A DNA stretch of 64,000 nucleotides from a virus. Lineage: Duplodnaviria; Caudoviricetes. The stretch is from positions 32,001-96,000 of IMG/VR virus record IMGVR_UViG_2756170199_000003, one strand, 5' to 3'. Shown in pieces: positions 30,701 to 39,763 of the stretch (position 1 is its first letter; each line of letters starts with the position of its first letter). The translations under genes and the position numbers were made by a program. The notes below the pieces were generated by a model. That model searched no databases. It was not told the DNA's origin and saw only the letters and a program-made list of their open reading frames with translations.

Positions 30701-32243
30701 CTCGGAGATCGTACGCGCCATTCGCGTGCATCACGGCCGACCGGGCAGGAACCGCCTGCCCATAGACCTCAATCCGTTCCAGGTCTGGAAGAACATCACG
30801 CAGGATCCCGCCAAGGTCCAGATCAAGGAGATCAACCCTATCGAAAACCTGAAGGAGATTGAAGCTGTCACCTATGCGGGTGTCGGCGGCCGTGGCTCGC
30901 GCAGCATGGTCAAGCATACCCGCGCCTATCACCACAACGACATGGGCACGATCTCGGAGGCAACCGTCGATTCGAGCGACGTTGGCATCAATACCTACAC
31001 GAGCGCCGATCCTCAATTCACCTCACTGCGCGGCATTTCGCGCCGCTATGAGGTCGGGAAAACCGGGGCCACCGCACTCTTTTCCACTTCCGCGCTGATG
31101 GCACCAGCGGCCGATCGCGACGATCCCAAGCGCGTGAACTTCATCTCCATCCAGTCCAGCCACAAGATCGCCTGCCGCGGCTATCACCAGCCGGGGCTTC
31201 GCACCGGATACGAGCAGGTAATCGCGCATCGCGTCGGGGACATGTTCGCCGTGACTGCGAAGAAACCCGGCAAGGTTGTCTCGGTAAATGCTGACGGCAT
31301 GCGGATCCAGTACGAAGACGGCGAAGTCCAGGGCATCGAACTCGGGCGCCGGTTTGGCAATGCCGCCGGGCTCGTCATCCCTCACCAGATCGCCACGCCC
31401 ATGCGCGCGGGACAGACGTTCGGGCCCGGCGCCGTGATCGCCTACAACGAGGGATTCTTCGAACCGGACATCCTGAACCCCGCCAACGTCGTCATGAAAA
31501 CCGGGGTGTCGGTCAAAACCGTCTTCATGGAATGCCCGATGACGCTGGAGGATTCATCGGCGATCTCGAAGGAAACCGCGGCGCTCCTGATGACGCGGCA
31601 AACCAAGGTGCGCACCATTGTCGTCAATTTCGACCAGGAGGTACACAAGCTCCTGAAGGTTGGCGACGAGGTCGGGGCTGACGCAATTTTATGCGTCATT
31701 GAGGACGCCGTGACCGCGGGCAACCGCCTCTTCGACGAGGCGTCGCTCGACACGCTGCGCGTGCTGAGCGCCCAGACGCCACAGGCCAGGATCCGCGGCG
31801 TGATCGAACGCATCGAGATGTTCTATCACGGCGAAATCGAGGACATGTCGCCGACGCTCGCGAAAATCGCGACGACAAGCGACGCGCAGCTGGTCCGGCG
31901 TGCCCGCGCCAGCGGCACAAAGGCCTTCACGGGAAGCGTGGACGAAGCGTTTCGCGTGGACGGCAATCCGCTCCAGCTCGATACCGCTGCCATCCAGATC
32001 TACATCACAGCCGACGTGCCGGCGGGCGTGGGCGACAAGGGCGTGTTTGGCAACCAGCTCAAGACCGTGTTCGGTGAGGTGATGGAGCGCGACATGGTCA
32101 CGGAATCGGGCGTGAAGATCGGTGCCGTGTTTGGCGCCAAGTCCGTGGCCGATCGGATCGTTTCCTCGCCCGAGCTCATTGGCACCACGTCCACATTGCT
32201 CGAAGTCATCGCAACCGCCGCGGTCAGGCTCTACAAATCGTGA
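27798..32243 (+). CDS. Virion RNA polymerase beta subunit, N/middle part (phiKZ gp178-like)
   Basis: NGVKYRMRKQKGDLPIRKI, SEATVDSSDVG, DDPKRVNF...Q, RTGYE, EDSSAIS, GVGDKGVFGNQLKT are RpoB-like conserved segments. Start set at MSVLFETW. Confidence 0.9.
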   Translation: MSVLFETWYRQFGVRRSNQLVQPPLPGMDRLILPRRSLFHFPGNGPLDDGPGATQLEFRGITRPILVHHVIKQSVNLGNPRPLPTPVTTLASHFFQKKRRYKKLVNFATATRDDNTLCVFNYAFLWRTYRYPRSIYAGTYQWHNIHETMWMQVTEVANRSNRNQFIPVTLPAILPCLTDLKLGEMGQLSHQPSQRLVKRFASHESLMILELWKWLGENRRSSMLSHVPEDKLGRVNLILEESGRWFAVNLGTLNGWRVATKEEQEANPDANRHGFEPNRLQRYFLRMLMTLMEVRTAAAPEVSAQSGAGEEPSSATPDTPTNVIDEVHDDEHENEDVTRTVQQPAPSLPPGPVFHATHPGQDEEDLEEDEREEDNERVARVASRIVADQQEPDERGVDIHPDTELERQIEADLQQLEHIASLTFAEDETNGRQDAEPVEGATPAGQTQPVIPVTAAEPVSPETAVMKIADRLAAQGMMSAGEHRRYQALSQAYKKIVAPDGRTTLGAFVQISPDDVQIAQSPAINDIPTVLDKTMLKSSLLSFDPKYIRNVMQKDVAGMVLNLQQAGLCVTGYDVEDVDDVMGAYRIHTARVVPIEGAASTLRFRLPVVNEDGTFTSNGVKYRMRKQKGDLPIRKIAPGRVALTSYYGKVFVSRSTKRVNDCGTWLTNSIMAAGLDPQAGLVTQMHTAPVFDNLVVCPRLYSTLAMSFRSFQLGGFEWNFDHSRREALYGADTLTRYERDGAIVCGQSLTDPKALAVMDRHGGLFEIRDGKPAALAGFDAMLQLDAAKAPVDFAEVMVLGRSIPLGIVLGYEMGLTRLMELLRVAPRRVPAGQRVNLQPDEYSLVFADETLAFPKPNAFASMVLAGFNEYHRSIRTYNVHEFDRRGVYLNVLETGGQSQRYLREIDLQYQLFVDPITRELLVDMKEPVDYQGLLLRACSMLLDDHHPDELDASMMRIKGYERMAGAVYSEIVRAIRVHHGRPGRNRLPIDLNPFQVWKNITQDPAKVQIKEINPIENLKEIEAVTYAGVGGRGSRSMVKHTRAYHHNDMGTISEATVDSSDVGINTYTSADPQFTSLRGISRRYEVGKTGATALFSTSALMAPAADRDDPKRVNFISIQSSHKIACRGYHQPGLRTGYEQVIAHRVGDMFAVTAKKPGKVVSVNADGMRIQYEDGEVQGIELGRRFGNAAGLVIPHQIATPMRAGQTFGPGAVIAYNEGFFEPDILNPANVVMKTGVSVKTVFMECPMTLEDSSAISKETAALLMTRQTKVRTIVVNFDQEVHKLLKVGDEVGADAILCVIEDAVTAGNRLFDEASLDTLRVLSAQTPQARIRGVIERIEMFYHGEIEDMSPTLAKIATTSDAQLVRRARASGTKAFTGSVDEAFRVDGNPLQLDTAAIQIYITADVPAGVGDKGVFGNQLKTVFGEVMERDMVTESGVKIGAVFGAKSVADRIVSSPELIGTTSTLLEVIATAAVRLYKS

Positions 32244-32262
32244 TGCGCAGGAGGGACCCACC

Positions 32263-32451
32263 ATGAAATCGCGGGAATCGGAAAAAACGCTTGTCACGCT
32301 GGCCAACGCCACGACGCTCGTGCGCTGCATCGTGCAGGGTGTGGTGGGCAATGACCTGGCCGACACGTTTGCCGGCGCGCCGCTCACCAACGACGTCATC
32401 GACCAGCTGGCCCAGGCGCGGTTCCAGCAGGCGGTGCAGCAATACCTGTAG
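32263..32451 (+). CDS. Small hypothetical protein (62 aa)
   Basis: GGAGG RBS; fills the gap between co-oriented genes. Confidence 0.6.
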   Translation: MKSRESEKTLVTLANATTLVRCIVQGVVGNDLADTFAGAPLTNDVIDQLAQARFQQAVQQYL

Positions 32452-32467
32452 CGGGAGGCGTTTTACC

Positions 32468-33904
32468 ATGCTCAGCGAAAGAACCCTGCTCGCCTCCATT
32501 GCGCTCACCGAGCGGCTTGATGCGGCTGGCTTTGCACTCCACCCGGCCGCGGGTACGCCGCTCGACGCAATGTGTGCAGCGACCCACTTCGACACGGGTA
32601 TTGCGCAAGTGCCCGATGGCAACTTCGGGACCCTGGCTAACCAGCTTGCCACTCGAACGGCACTGGTCGACCCGCTCATGGACTGCTCCGAGCACGACGC
32701 GGTGCTCGATTCGATTGCGGACACGGCGATCGAGGCCGTCAAACGCCACGTTGCATTTGCGCGCTCCGTGGTCGCGCCGACCATCCAGAACCTGTATGAG
32801 CGCGTCCACAGTTCCATCGAAGGCCTGAGCGTGTCTTCGCTGCTGGGTCTGGAGGTGGAAGTCTGGCGCGAACCCAAACCGGTGCTGAACACCGCATTGC
32901 AGAGCGAACTGCACAAGCTCGAAGATGTCGCGCTTGATGACCCGCCCCTGTGGCTGCGCATGCCTGACATCGGCATTGCCGAGCTCATGGAACTGCTGAA
33001 GACAGGCAATGGCGGACTGGACGCTGACATTGCCGAGTGGGTCGCCGCCGAGGGCGACGCCTTCTTCATGTGCGTCTGGTGCGACTTCTTCCAGCAGCAC
33101 ATGCCCGAAGATGGCGAGCGCAACCGCACTTTCACGGAACGCGTCACCGATCGCATGACCGGCGTGCCTGTCGCACTTGCTGTCTATCTGCTCGCACGAC
33201 GCCTGCTCGACGAGAAGCCGCCAGAGGGTGTGGAAATGCCGCTTGCGAACTACCGGGCGCAGCTCGTGGAGTTTCGCAATCAGGCCGGCGGCGCACTCGT
33301 TCGCGCGCTCGATCGGATCGGCCGGGCCCTGAAAAACGGCCTGCTGGTGCGCGAGATCGCGGGTAGCAAAACCGTCGTCTATGAGCCCGTATATCGTGAG
33401 TATCTGGAAAAGGGTGGCAGCAACGAAATGCTGTTCGCCAACGCGCTCTCGCGGTCTTTCATGATGACGAGCTCCGACCTGCTCGAACAGAAGGAAGCGC
33501 TTGCAAGTCGCTGGGCCACTCACAGCGCGCTGATCGCTACTGCGGAATCCAACCAGCGCTACAACAAGACCATCGAACTGCTGGAGCTGCATTTCCGCGC
33601 GCAGCTTGATGAGGCGACCGAAGGCGAAGACACCACTGCGGCCAACCGCGACACGGTGCTCAGGCTCTTTCGTGATTGTCTCAAACACATCACGCAGAGC
33701 GATCTCAATGACCTGTACGCCGTGTGCCTGAAGCTCGTCTGCCGTGCACGGTTTTACACCACCGACGCCGAGCGCATTCTCACCGGCATGGAGCTCGCGA
33801 GGGCACGCAATCCGTCGCTCTCACCCCGCGAAGCCGCGACAGCCAGCATTGTCGATTACATCGCCTGGTGGGTCGCCTCACAAATGCGGCTGGCAAGCTG
33901 CTAA
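32468..33904 (+). CDS. Conserved phage protein (phiKZ gp177 position)
   Basis: GGAGG RBS, start MLSERTL; HVAFARSVVAP motif; assigned by synteny. Confidence 0.65.
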   Translation: MLSERTLLASIALTERLDAAGFALHPAAGTPLDAMCAATHFDTGIAQVPDGNFGTLANQLATRTALVDPLMDCSEHDAVLDSIADTAIEAVKRHVAFARSVVAPTIQNLYERVHSSIEGLSVSSLLGLEVEVWREPKPVLNTALQSELHKLEDVALDDPPLWLRMPDIGIAELMELLKTGNGGLDADIAEWVAAEGDAFFMCVWCDFFQQHMPEDGERNRTFTERVTDRMTGVPVALAVYLLARRLLDEKPPEGVEMPLANYRAQLVEFRNQAGGALVRALDRIGRALKNGLLVREIAGSKTVVYEPVYREYLEKGGSNEMLFANALSRSFMMTSSDLLEQKEALASRWATHSALIATAESNQRYNKTIELLELHFRAQLDEATEGEDTTAANRDTVLRLFRDCLKHITQSDLNDLYAVCLKLVCRARFYTTDAERILTGMELARARNPSLSPREAATASIVDYIAWWVASQMRLASC

Positions 33905-34363
33905 CGCACATCGGGTACTTCAGGCCAGACCTGCAGGCACGGCGGGGCACAAGCAGGCAAGCCAGCGCTACGGATCGCCCTGCGCATTACCGGTTCGCGC
34001 AAACCACGAAATAGCCAATCAGGAACGGCACGAAGAGTAGCGTGCCCACGACAAGTCCCTTGATCTGGGATGCGCGTTCATCATCTCTTTTGCCAACCTC
34101 GTTCGCCACAACAGGCTGGTCTGCCACGTGTGTTTCCGCGGCAGGCGCAAACGAGTACAGCGTGTGAACGCGATCAAGCATGCGGGAGTGATCAAGCAGC
34201 AGCGCAAGCGGACCCATGGCGGTTCTCCAACAGAGGAATATCGAGACAGAGAACAGAATAAATGCAAGGGCTCATCTTTGAGCCTGGACAAATCTGAAAC
34301 ACATTGCTGCGTGACATTCCGTCGCATTGCCGTCTTCAGATCGTGCCACTACCGGGAGATCAC

Positions 34364-35089
34364 ATGGACCCGAAGCATCTGGTGAGAGACCCCAACCGGG
34401 TGAAGGGCGCCCTCGCGGAAACGCCAGATGGCAAACTGGTCGCGAAGGCGCCCGTCAAGATCTATATCCCGACGCGCTTTGCCGAACGAGGTCTCGCCGA
34501 AGTCGGCATCGAGACGTTTATTTATGGCGTTTATGCCATCACTGTTGAAGACAGCTACTACGGCGTCTCTCTCGTGAACGCCATGATTCGCATCCAGCCG
34601 ACCTCGATGATGAAAGTGCTCGCGGGAGAGGACGAGTACTTTGAGTTCGAATTCGAGAAAGGTGCGGTTATCGCGCCATCGTTAAATCTCGTCAAGAATG
34701 ATGCACTCGTCTACCGGATATTCAACGAAATGCTCGCGGGTGCCCATGTGCCGTGGTACATCGGCTATAACGAGATGGCGTGTCTGCTCGACAGCGCCAA
34801 ATATCACGCCGGTGCCAATGTCGGACGGAACCACGACATCACCGAGCTGCTCGTCTCTGTCATTTCGAGAAACGCTGGCGACCGCCACGAGTTCTATCGA
34901 ACCGCGGTAAAGAGCCAGCATGATCTTCTCGCCAGTCCCCCCGTCTTCATTCCCCTTCGTTCCATCGAATTCGCTGCGACAAGCGCCCTGAACAAGATCG
35001 CAGGCAGCTACTTCAGCCGCGGCGTCGTCAGTGCGCTCATCAGCCCGAGCACGCGGGTTGAACGGCTGAACGACATTCTTGCGCGCTAA
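34364..35089 (+). CDS. Conserved phage protein (phiKZ gp176 position)
   Basis: GGAG RBS; KIYIPTRF, G.VPWY..Y, NKIAGSYF..G..SAL; lies between the vRNAP cluster and the protease. Confidence 0.65.
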   Translation: MDPKHLVRDPNRVKGALAETPDGKLVAKAPVKIYIPTRFAERGLAEVGIETFIYGVYAITVEDSYYGVSLVNAMIRIQPTSMMKVLAGEDEYFEFEFEKGAVIAPSLNLVKNDALVYRIFNEMLAGAHVPWYIGYNEMACLLDSAKYHAGANVGRNHDITELLVSVISRNAGDRHEFYRTAVKSQHDLLASPPVFIPLRSIEFAATSALNKIAGSYFSRGVVSALISPSTRVERLNDILAR

Positions 35090-35339
35090 CCACTCGGGCA
35101 GTTTATGTTTCATTGCGGGGCTGCTTCATTACCTCGTGTTACCTCAATATCCGCCATTCGGCTCGACGCACGTGAATACCTCAAGCAGCGCCGACGATTT
35201 GCACCCTTGCAGCACACATACGCTTTGCCGACGTTTGCTTACACATCGAAAAGGTTTTTCATCTCGTGACGCCTTACGCTTCATTCACGGCCTGAGTGCC
35301 GCGCTGCACGAAACAGAACAACACTTTGCGGGAAACAGA

Positions 35340-36074
35340 ATGAAGAACCTTTTCGCCCTCAACACACGCAACACTCGCCACCCGGTTGTATCGGGACTTG
35401 TATCCAGCGTGACGGCCGGCGCAGCATTGATCGCGGCTTGCCTCGCCGCACCGTTGCCCGCATCCGCACAGGTCATGGTTCTCGCCCCGCCGGCGGCACG
35501 CTATGAAACCGCACCGCCTCCGCGCGCCGGCTACGCATGGCAAGGTGGCTACTGGGGCTGGCAGCAGGGCCGTTACATGTGGACTCAGGGTCAGTGGATC
35601 AGCGCACCCCATGGGCGTCCCCTGCCGCCACCGCCGGCGCCCGTCTCGAATGTCATGAGACTGTCGGCCGATGCCCTGTTCCCGTTTGATCGCGGCAACG
35701 TCACCGATATCCTGCCAGGCGGGCGGGCTCAGATCCGCACGATTGCCGCGAAGCTGCGTGCAATGCCGTTTGGACGCATGGAGGTACGTGGCTATACGGA
35801 TCGCCTCGGCTCGCCCACGTATAACCTTGGGCTGTCCCAGCAGCGCGCCGACGCCGTCAAGATGCTGCTGATCCAGCAGGGTGTACCGGCCGATCGCATC
35901 ATCGCACGTGGAATGGGACCGCAGGATCCGATCACGCAGTGCTCGATCAATCAGCCTCAGGACAGGCTTGTGGCGTGCCTGCAGCCGGATCGCCGCGTCG
36001 AAATCGTCACGTTCGCCCGCACCGCAGAGCGCCCGATGCCGCCGATGGCCGCAAACCCGATGTACCGGCGGTAA
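35340..36074 (+). CDS. Exported protein: WXXGXW/YXWGXW repeats + OmpA C-terminal peptidoglycan-binding domain
   Basis: Signal peptide ending ASA; GYAWQGGYWGWQQGRYMWTQGQW; LSADALFPFD, GYTDRLGS..YN..LSQQRA, C..C.QPDRRVEI. Confidence 0.85.
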   Translation: MKNLFALNTRNTRHPVVSGLVSSVTAGAALIAACLAAPLPASAQVMVLAPPAARYETAPPPRAGYAWQGGYWGWQQGRYMWTQGQWISAPHGRPLPPPPAPVSNVMRLSADALFPFDRGNVTDILPGGRAQIRTIAAKLRAMPFGRMEVRGYTDRLGSPTYNLGLSQQRADAVKMLLIQQGVPADRIIARGMGPQDPITQCSINQPQDRLVACLQPDRRVEIVTFARTAERPMPPMAANPMYRR

Positions 36075-36238
36075 TCCCACGCGTTTCGTCAGAAGCGCGT
36101 GCCGACGCCGCAGCCTGCAGCAAACCCGCCGTTACCGCCCGCGCCACTGCATCCGAAGATGCCGCAACCGCCCAGCAGGGCAGACAGGATGGCGACGGCG
36201 ACAAGGGCTCGCAGGAGTGTCATAAGTGATCAGTGAGT

Positions 36239-36332
36239 TGGCGGAAACGGAGGGATTCGAACCCTCGATCCAGGTTTTGGCCCGGATGCTCCCTTAGCAG
36301 GGGAGTGCCTTCGACCTCTCGGCCACATTTCC
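36239..36332 (-). tRNA. tRNA-Ser (anticodon GCT)
   Basis: Reverse complement GGAAATGTGGCCGAGAGGTCGAAGGCACTCCCCT-GCT-AAGGGAG...GGTTCGAATCCCTCCGTTTCCGCCA; long variable arm and encoded CCA. Confidence 0.93.
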
Positions 36333-36334
36333 GG

Positions 36335-36408
36335 TGGAGCGGGTGAAGGCAATCGAACCCTCGTCGTAAGCTTGGAAGGCTTCTGCTCTACCATTGAGCT
36401 ACACCCGC
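36335..36408 (-). tRNA. tRNA-Gly (anticodon TCC), with a T-stem mismatch
   Basis: Reverse complement GCGGGTGTAGCTCAATGGTAGAGCAGAAGCCT-TCC-AAGCTTACGACGAGGGTTCGATTGCCTTCACCCGCTCCA. Confidence 0.88.
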
Positions 36409-36655
36409 GAGTGATGCTCGCCTTGGCATCTGTATAGGCGGAAATCCGAAAACCCGGCGCCATTGGCATGACCGGGCTTTTCCCCGTGGCGCGACCCGCT
36501 TCAACAGGATCGCAACGCCACGCGGCCCGTCAGCTTATCGGACCGCTCATTCTCCCACAATAGAAAATTGTCAAACCTTGTGCGCGCTTTCGTGCGCGCA
36601 CACGAATTTCAATTGTCGTGCCAGCTTCCCGGTCAACGGCGAAGCCTGCCTCAGG

Positions 36656-36665
36656 AAATTCTATG
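36656..36665 (+). promoter_or_regulatory. Candidate late promoter AAATTCTATG
   Basis: TATG core 27-30 nt upstream of the protease gene. Confidence 0.5.
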
Positions 36666-36691
36666 TCCCGAACATGGAATGAGGCCCGGTC

Positions 36692-37447
36692 ATGACCAAC
36701 TATGTGCGCTTCGGGCTCACGGCGCTGAACGGCATGAACAAGTCGGGCAGCCTCAAGCCCGACGCCAATGGCTACTACCCTGTGGTGCTGGGCGGGTTGA
36801 ACATGTACAACTCGGTCAACCAGTACTACCCGTACGAACCGGCCCGCGAGATATTCGAAAACTCCAGCCAGTTCATGCGCCGCGTTCAATCCGGCAACCT
36901 GCGTGGCGAATACGGCCATCCTAAACGCCTGCCCGGCCAGAACATCGAGGATTATGCACGGCGGATTCTCGATATCGACGTCAACAATGTCTCGCATCAC
37001 ATTGCCGAGATCCGGCTCGATTTCGAAAACTACAGGGATCCGGACGGCCGCGGCATCATCGCAATTCTTGGGCAGGTCAAACCCTCGGGGCCCCAGGGCG
37101 TGCACCTGAAAAACTCGCTCGACAACCCGCGCGAGAATGTCTGTTTCTCGATCCGCTCGTTCACGCTCGACGTGCCGGTCGGGCGCACTGTGCGGCGCGA
37201 GCTCAAGAACGTCGTGACGTGGGACTACGTCAACGAGCCAGGGCTTTTCATCGCGAGCAAGTTCAATTCGCCAGCACTTGAAGAAATCGACGAAACGATG
37301 TTCTCAAAGCTGCAACTCGACCGTGCCGTGGCGACAACCGGCAATCCCGCCATCGGACTGGAGTCAGCGAGGCTGACCCTCAATGAGCTCTACCAGTCGC
37401 TTGGATGGCTTGCTGAAACGGCCACTCCATCATGGCTTGCGTGGTGA
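36692..37447 (+). CDS. Prohead maturation protease, S80 family (phiKZ gp175-like)
   Basis: LRGEYGHP (His), NVSHHI, FSIRS (Ser), TWDYVNEPG; C-terminal ALE/GLE autocleavage-like motifs. Confidence 0.9.
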   Translation: MTNYVRFGLTALNGMNKSGSLKPDANGYYPVVLGGLNMYNSVNQYYPYEPAREIFENSSQFMRRVQSGNLRGEYGHPKRLPGQNIEDYARRILDIDVNNVSHHIAEIRLDFENYRDPDGRGIIAILGQVKPSGPQGVHLKNSLDNPRENVCFSIRSFTLDVPVGRTVRRELKNVVTWDYVNEPGLFIASKFNSPALEEIDETMFSKLQLDRAVATTGNPAIGLESARLTLNELYQSLGWLAETATPSWLAW

Positions 37448-37529
37448 CTATACTCAAGAACGATCAGGGCCGGCAGATATCGCTGCCGGCCCCTATGCCG
37501 CCCCGGATTCATTCAAACCAGTTTCGGGC

Positions 37530-37538
37530 ATATATCAC
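37530..37538 (+). promoter_or_regulatory. Candidate early promoter motif ATATATCAC
   Basis: An identical 9-mer lies at 61948; both precede runs of small non-structural genes. Confidence 0.45.
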
Positions 37539-37640
37539 TGCCCTGAACTGGAACGCAGTTGATCGACGGGTTCGCCTGTCAAATTCTTACCGCGTTCCAG
37601 CCTTCTATGCAGTGAAACCCTTCTTCAACTGGAACCGCGT

Positions 37641-38189
37641 ATGGCCAAACTCAACGTAAGCGAACGGGACCGATCCGTACTGATCTTCAGGGCACAGAAG
37701 TATCGGCTCAACATCCTGCAGTCACAGCTGAAACAGGCGCGCATGATTGAGGTGGCGCGCAAAGACATCGTGGTGGGCAATCGCAGTGACAATCCCATCG
37801 ACAACGCCATACAGGTGCGCTTCTCCCGCAACGGCGGCGAAGATGCCAACCAGGAGATCGCGTTTTTCTGCGTCGACGGGAAATACATCGTGCTGCTCGG
37901 CCAGGAAAAGTGCGCGAGCCTCGTAGCCAAAGACGTGCCAGTCATTTACGGACGCCTGATCTCTGCCCATGCCCTCAAGCAGGCGCGCGTCGACGTCGCC
38001 ATGACGGACGAGCCCGCTCGAGAAAGCGTACCCATCGAAGTACCCGCGAATCTATCCCCACGCGCCCCCGCGCGCGAGCGCGAACTGCCGCGTGCCGCAC
38101 GGCGCCCCACTCGCAAGAACCGGGCCCGTCGCGCCAACGCTTTGGCACGCCAGAGCGCCAGCGCACCGCGTCCTTCAACTGGAGGGTAG
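37641..38189 (+). CDS. Hypothetical protein with basic C-terminal tail
   Basis: 182-aa ORF; GKYIVLLG...GRLIS..ALK motif. Confidence 0.6.
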   Translation: MAKLNVSERDRSVLIFRAQKYRLNILQSQLKQARMIEVARKDIVVGNRSDNPIDNAIQVRFSRNGGEDANQEIAFFCVDGKYIVLLGQEKCASLVAKDVPVIYGRLISAHALKQARVDVAMTDEPARESVPIEVPANLSPRAPARERELPRAARRPTRKNRARRANALARQSASAPRPSTGG

Positions 38190-38283
38190 CCGCACAAAAG
38201 CCACTGCCCTCCACCCGCATTCACGACGCCGAGGACCCATCAGGGTGCCGGCACAACTTCCCGATCTAACAGGATACCGAACG

Positions 38284-38748
38284 ATGAGCACAAGCACCGT
38301 AATCGCTGAAGAGACCCTTTCAGCTGCAGTCCGCAAAGACCTCTCGGTCGACGACAAGGGCAACGTAAAAGGTCCTGACGACCTTTACGAGCGGCATCTT
38401 CCCGAAGGGCTCACGATGGAGATGGTCAACCGCGCAAGCGAGCACCGCAAGCGCTTTGGTGTCGCTGCGTACGAAGCTTTCGCCGAGGTCTCCGAAGACG
38501 CGCTGAAGCAGAACAAGGATCTTGATCGCACCTCGATGCGACTCACCACGAACGGCGACGACCTGCTCAGCGCGCAGTACCAGCGCTCGGTCAAACGAGC
38601 CGTGAAGGGTGAAAAAGGCAAGGTCAGCAGCGAAACCGTCTATGGTGTCCTTTCGCACAAGTACACCGTGCAGGCCGGATTCAGCGAAGACTACGCCTCC
38701 GTCGAGGAGCGCTACGCGAAGCAGGGCAAAAAACTCTTCGCAAGTTGA
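38284..38748 (+). CDS. Hypothetical phage protein
   Basis: AGGA RBS, start MSTSTV; LPEGLTME motif. Confidence 0.65.
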   Translation: MSTSTVIAEETLSAAVRKDLSVDDKGNVKGPDDLYERHLPEGLTMEMVNRASEHRKRFGVAAYEAFAEVSEDALKQNKDLDRTSMRLTTNGDDLLSAQYQRSVKRAVKGEKGKVSSETVYGVLSHKYTVQAGFSEDYASVEERYAKQGKKLFAS

Positions 38749-38826
38749 TCTTTCCTGTCCCGGGCGCGGTGCGGTTTCATACCCAGCAGCGCCCTTTCAC
38801 CCGTTCCAGTCAGGTGTCTCACCATC

Positions 38827-39384
38827 ATGAGCGATGAGCCAGAAGAAACCTCCCTGACCAGCATCTGCCTCGTTCTCCTGCGCGAAGTCCGCATGGAACA
38901 AGGCTACCGTCAGGCCTACCTCGCCAGTTGGGTCGGCAGAACAACGGGTACGTGGACGAAAATCGAAGCTGGCACGAATCCGCTCCAGCTCGATGTCCTC
39001 TTCCACATCTGTACATGCATGCGGATCACACCGTCCCATGTGCTCGCCACAGCAGAACGCTACGCCGTCATTCTCAGTCAACACGGCTGGTCAATCCTGA
39101 CGTCGCATCTGCCTTCGAAAAAGGACAGTCTTCTACGTCTGGCCCAGCAGTACTGGACACTACCTGCGAGGTCGCGCGGATTGGCACCCCGACGTGGGTC
39201 CGTGCTGGACGGTCCGCTGTATGGCGGCAATCCGCACGAAGTCCCTCTGCCTGCCGTTTTCCAGTTCGCTCTTGATCCTGCGTATCGTGCTGCAACTCTT
39301 GACGGCGCCGCTGTTGCGCACCTCGACCCCGCTGGCCACATGCAGTTGCCCGGCAGACCACCGATGCAAGCCAGCGTAGCGTAA
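38827..39384 (+). CDS. XRE-family HTH transcriptional regulator
   Basis: LREVRMEQGYRQAYLASWVGRTTGTWTKIEAG..PL.LD is a Cro/CI-type HTH. Confidence 0.8.
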   Translation: MSDEPEETSLTSICLVLLREVRMEQGYRQAYLASWVGRTTGTWTKIEAGTNPLQLDVLFHICTCMRITPSHVLATAERYAVILSQHGWSILTSHLPSKKDSLLRLAQQYWTLPARSRGLAPRRGSVLDGPLYGGNPHEVPLPAVFQFALDPAYRAATLDGAAVAHLDPAGHMQLPGRPPMQASVA

Positions 39385-39478
39385 CGATCTCCAGTTCGCT
39401 CCTTCCCGTGTTCGCACGGGTTGACGGGATGGGCAACCCCCATCCCGTCGTTTTTCCAGCTTCTCTCTTTTTCCGCTC

Positions 39479-39706
39479 ATGCCCCAGCATACTGTCATCG
39501 TGCTTGTCGCGGTCGCAGTCCTTCTCTGGTGTCTCATCGGCACCGTGCTGTTGAACCGCATCCCCCTGCTTTCGGACCCACGTCTGCACACCAGCATTCA
39601 CCATCGCTCCGCAATCAGCTCGCTTCTGGTTGTGATTGTTCTCATCACGTTCTGGCCGGCAGGGAAATCAATCAGCGCGTGGCTCACGAGCCGGGCCCGC
39701 AATTAG
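39479..39706 (+). CDS. Small two-TM membrane protein
   Basis: Two hydrophobic segments in 75 aa. Confidence 0.45.
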   Translation: MPQHTVIVLVAVAVLLWCLIGTVLLNRIPLLSDPRLHTSIHHRSAISSLLVVIVLITFWPAGKSISAWLTSRARN

Positions 39707-39763
39707 GCCGCCGGCATCGCGTCAGCCCGCCCTTTCCGTATCAGCTCAGTCAGGAATCACGCC

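Noticed and set aside
26082-32243. Host rpoB/rpoC operon
   Set aside because: The subunits are split, highly divergent and in reversed order, lack the canonical NADFDGD context, and are flanked by virion genes rather than ribosomal protein genes.
36239-36408. tRNA as the integration site (attL/attR) of the element
   Set aside because: Phage core genes lie on both sides, and no integrase or duplicated tRNA 3' end was seen in the window.
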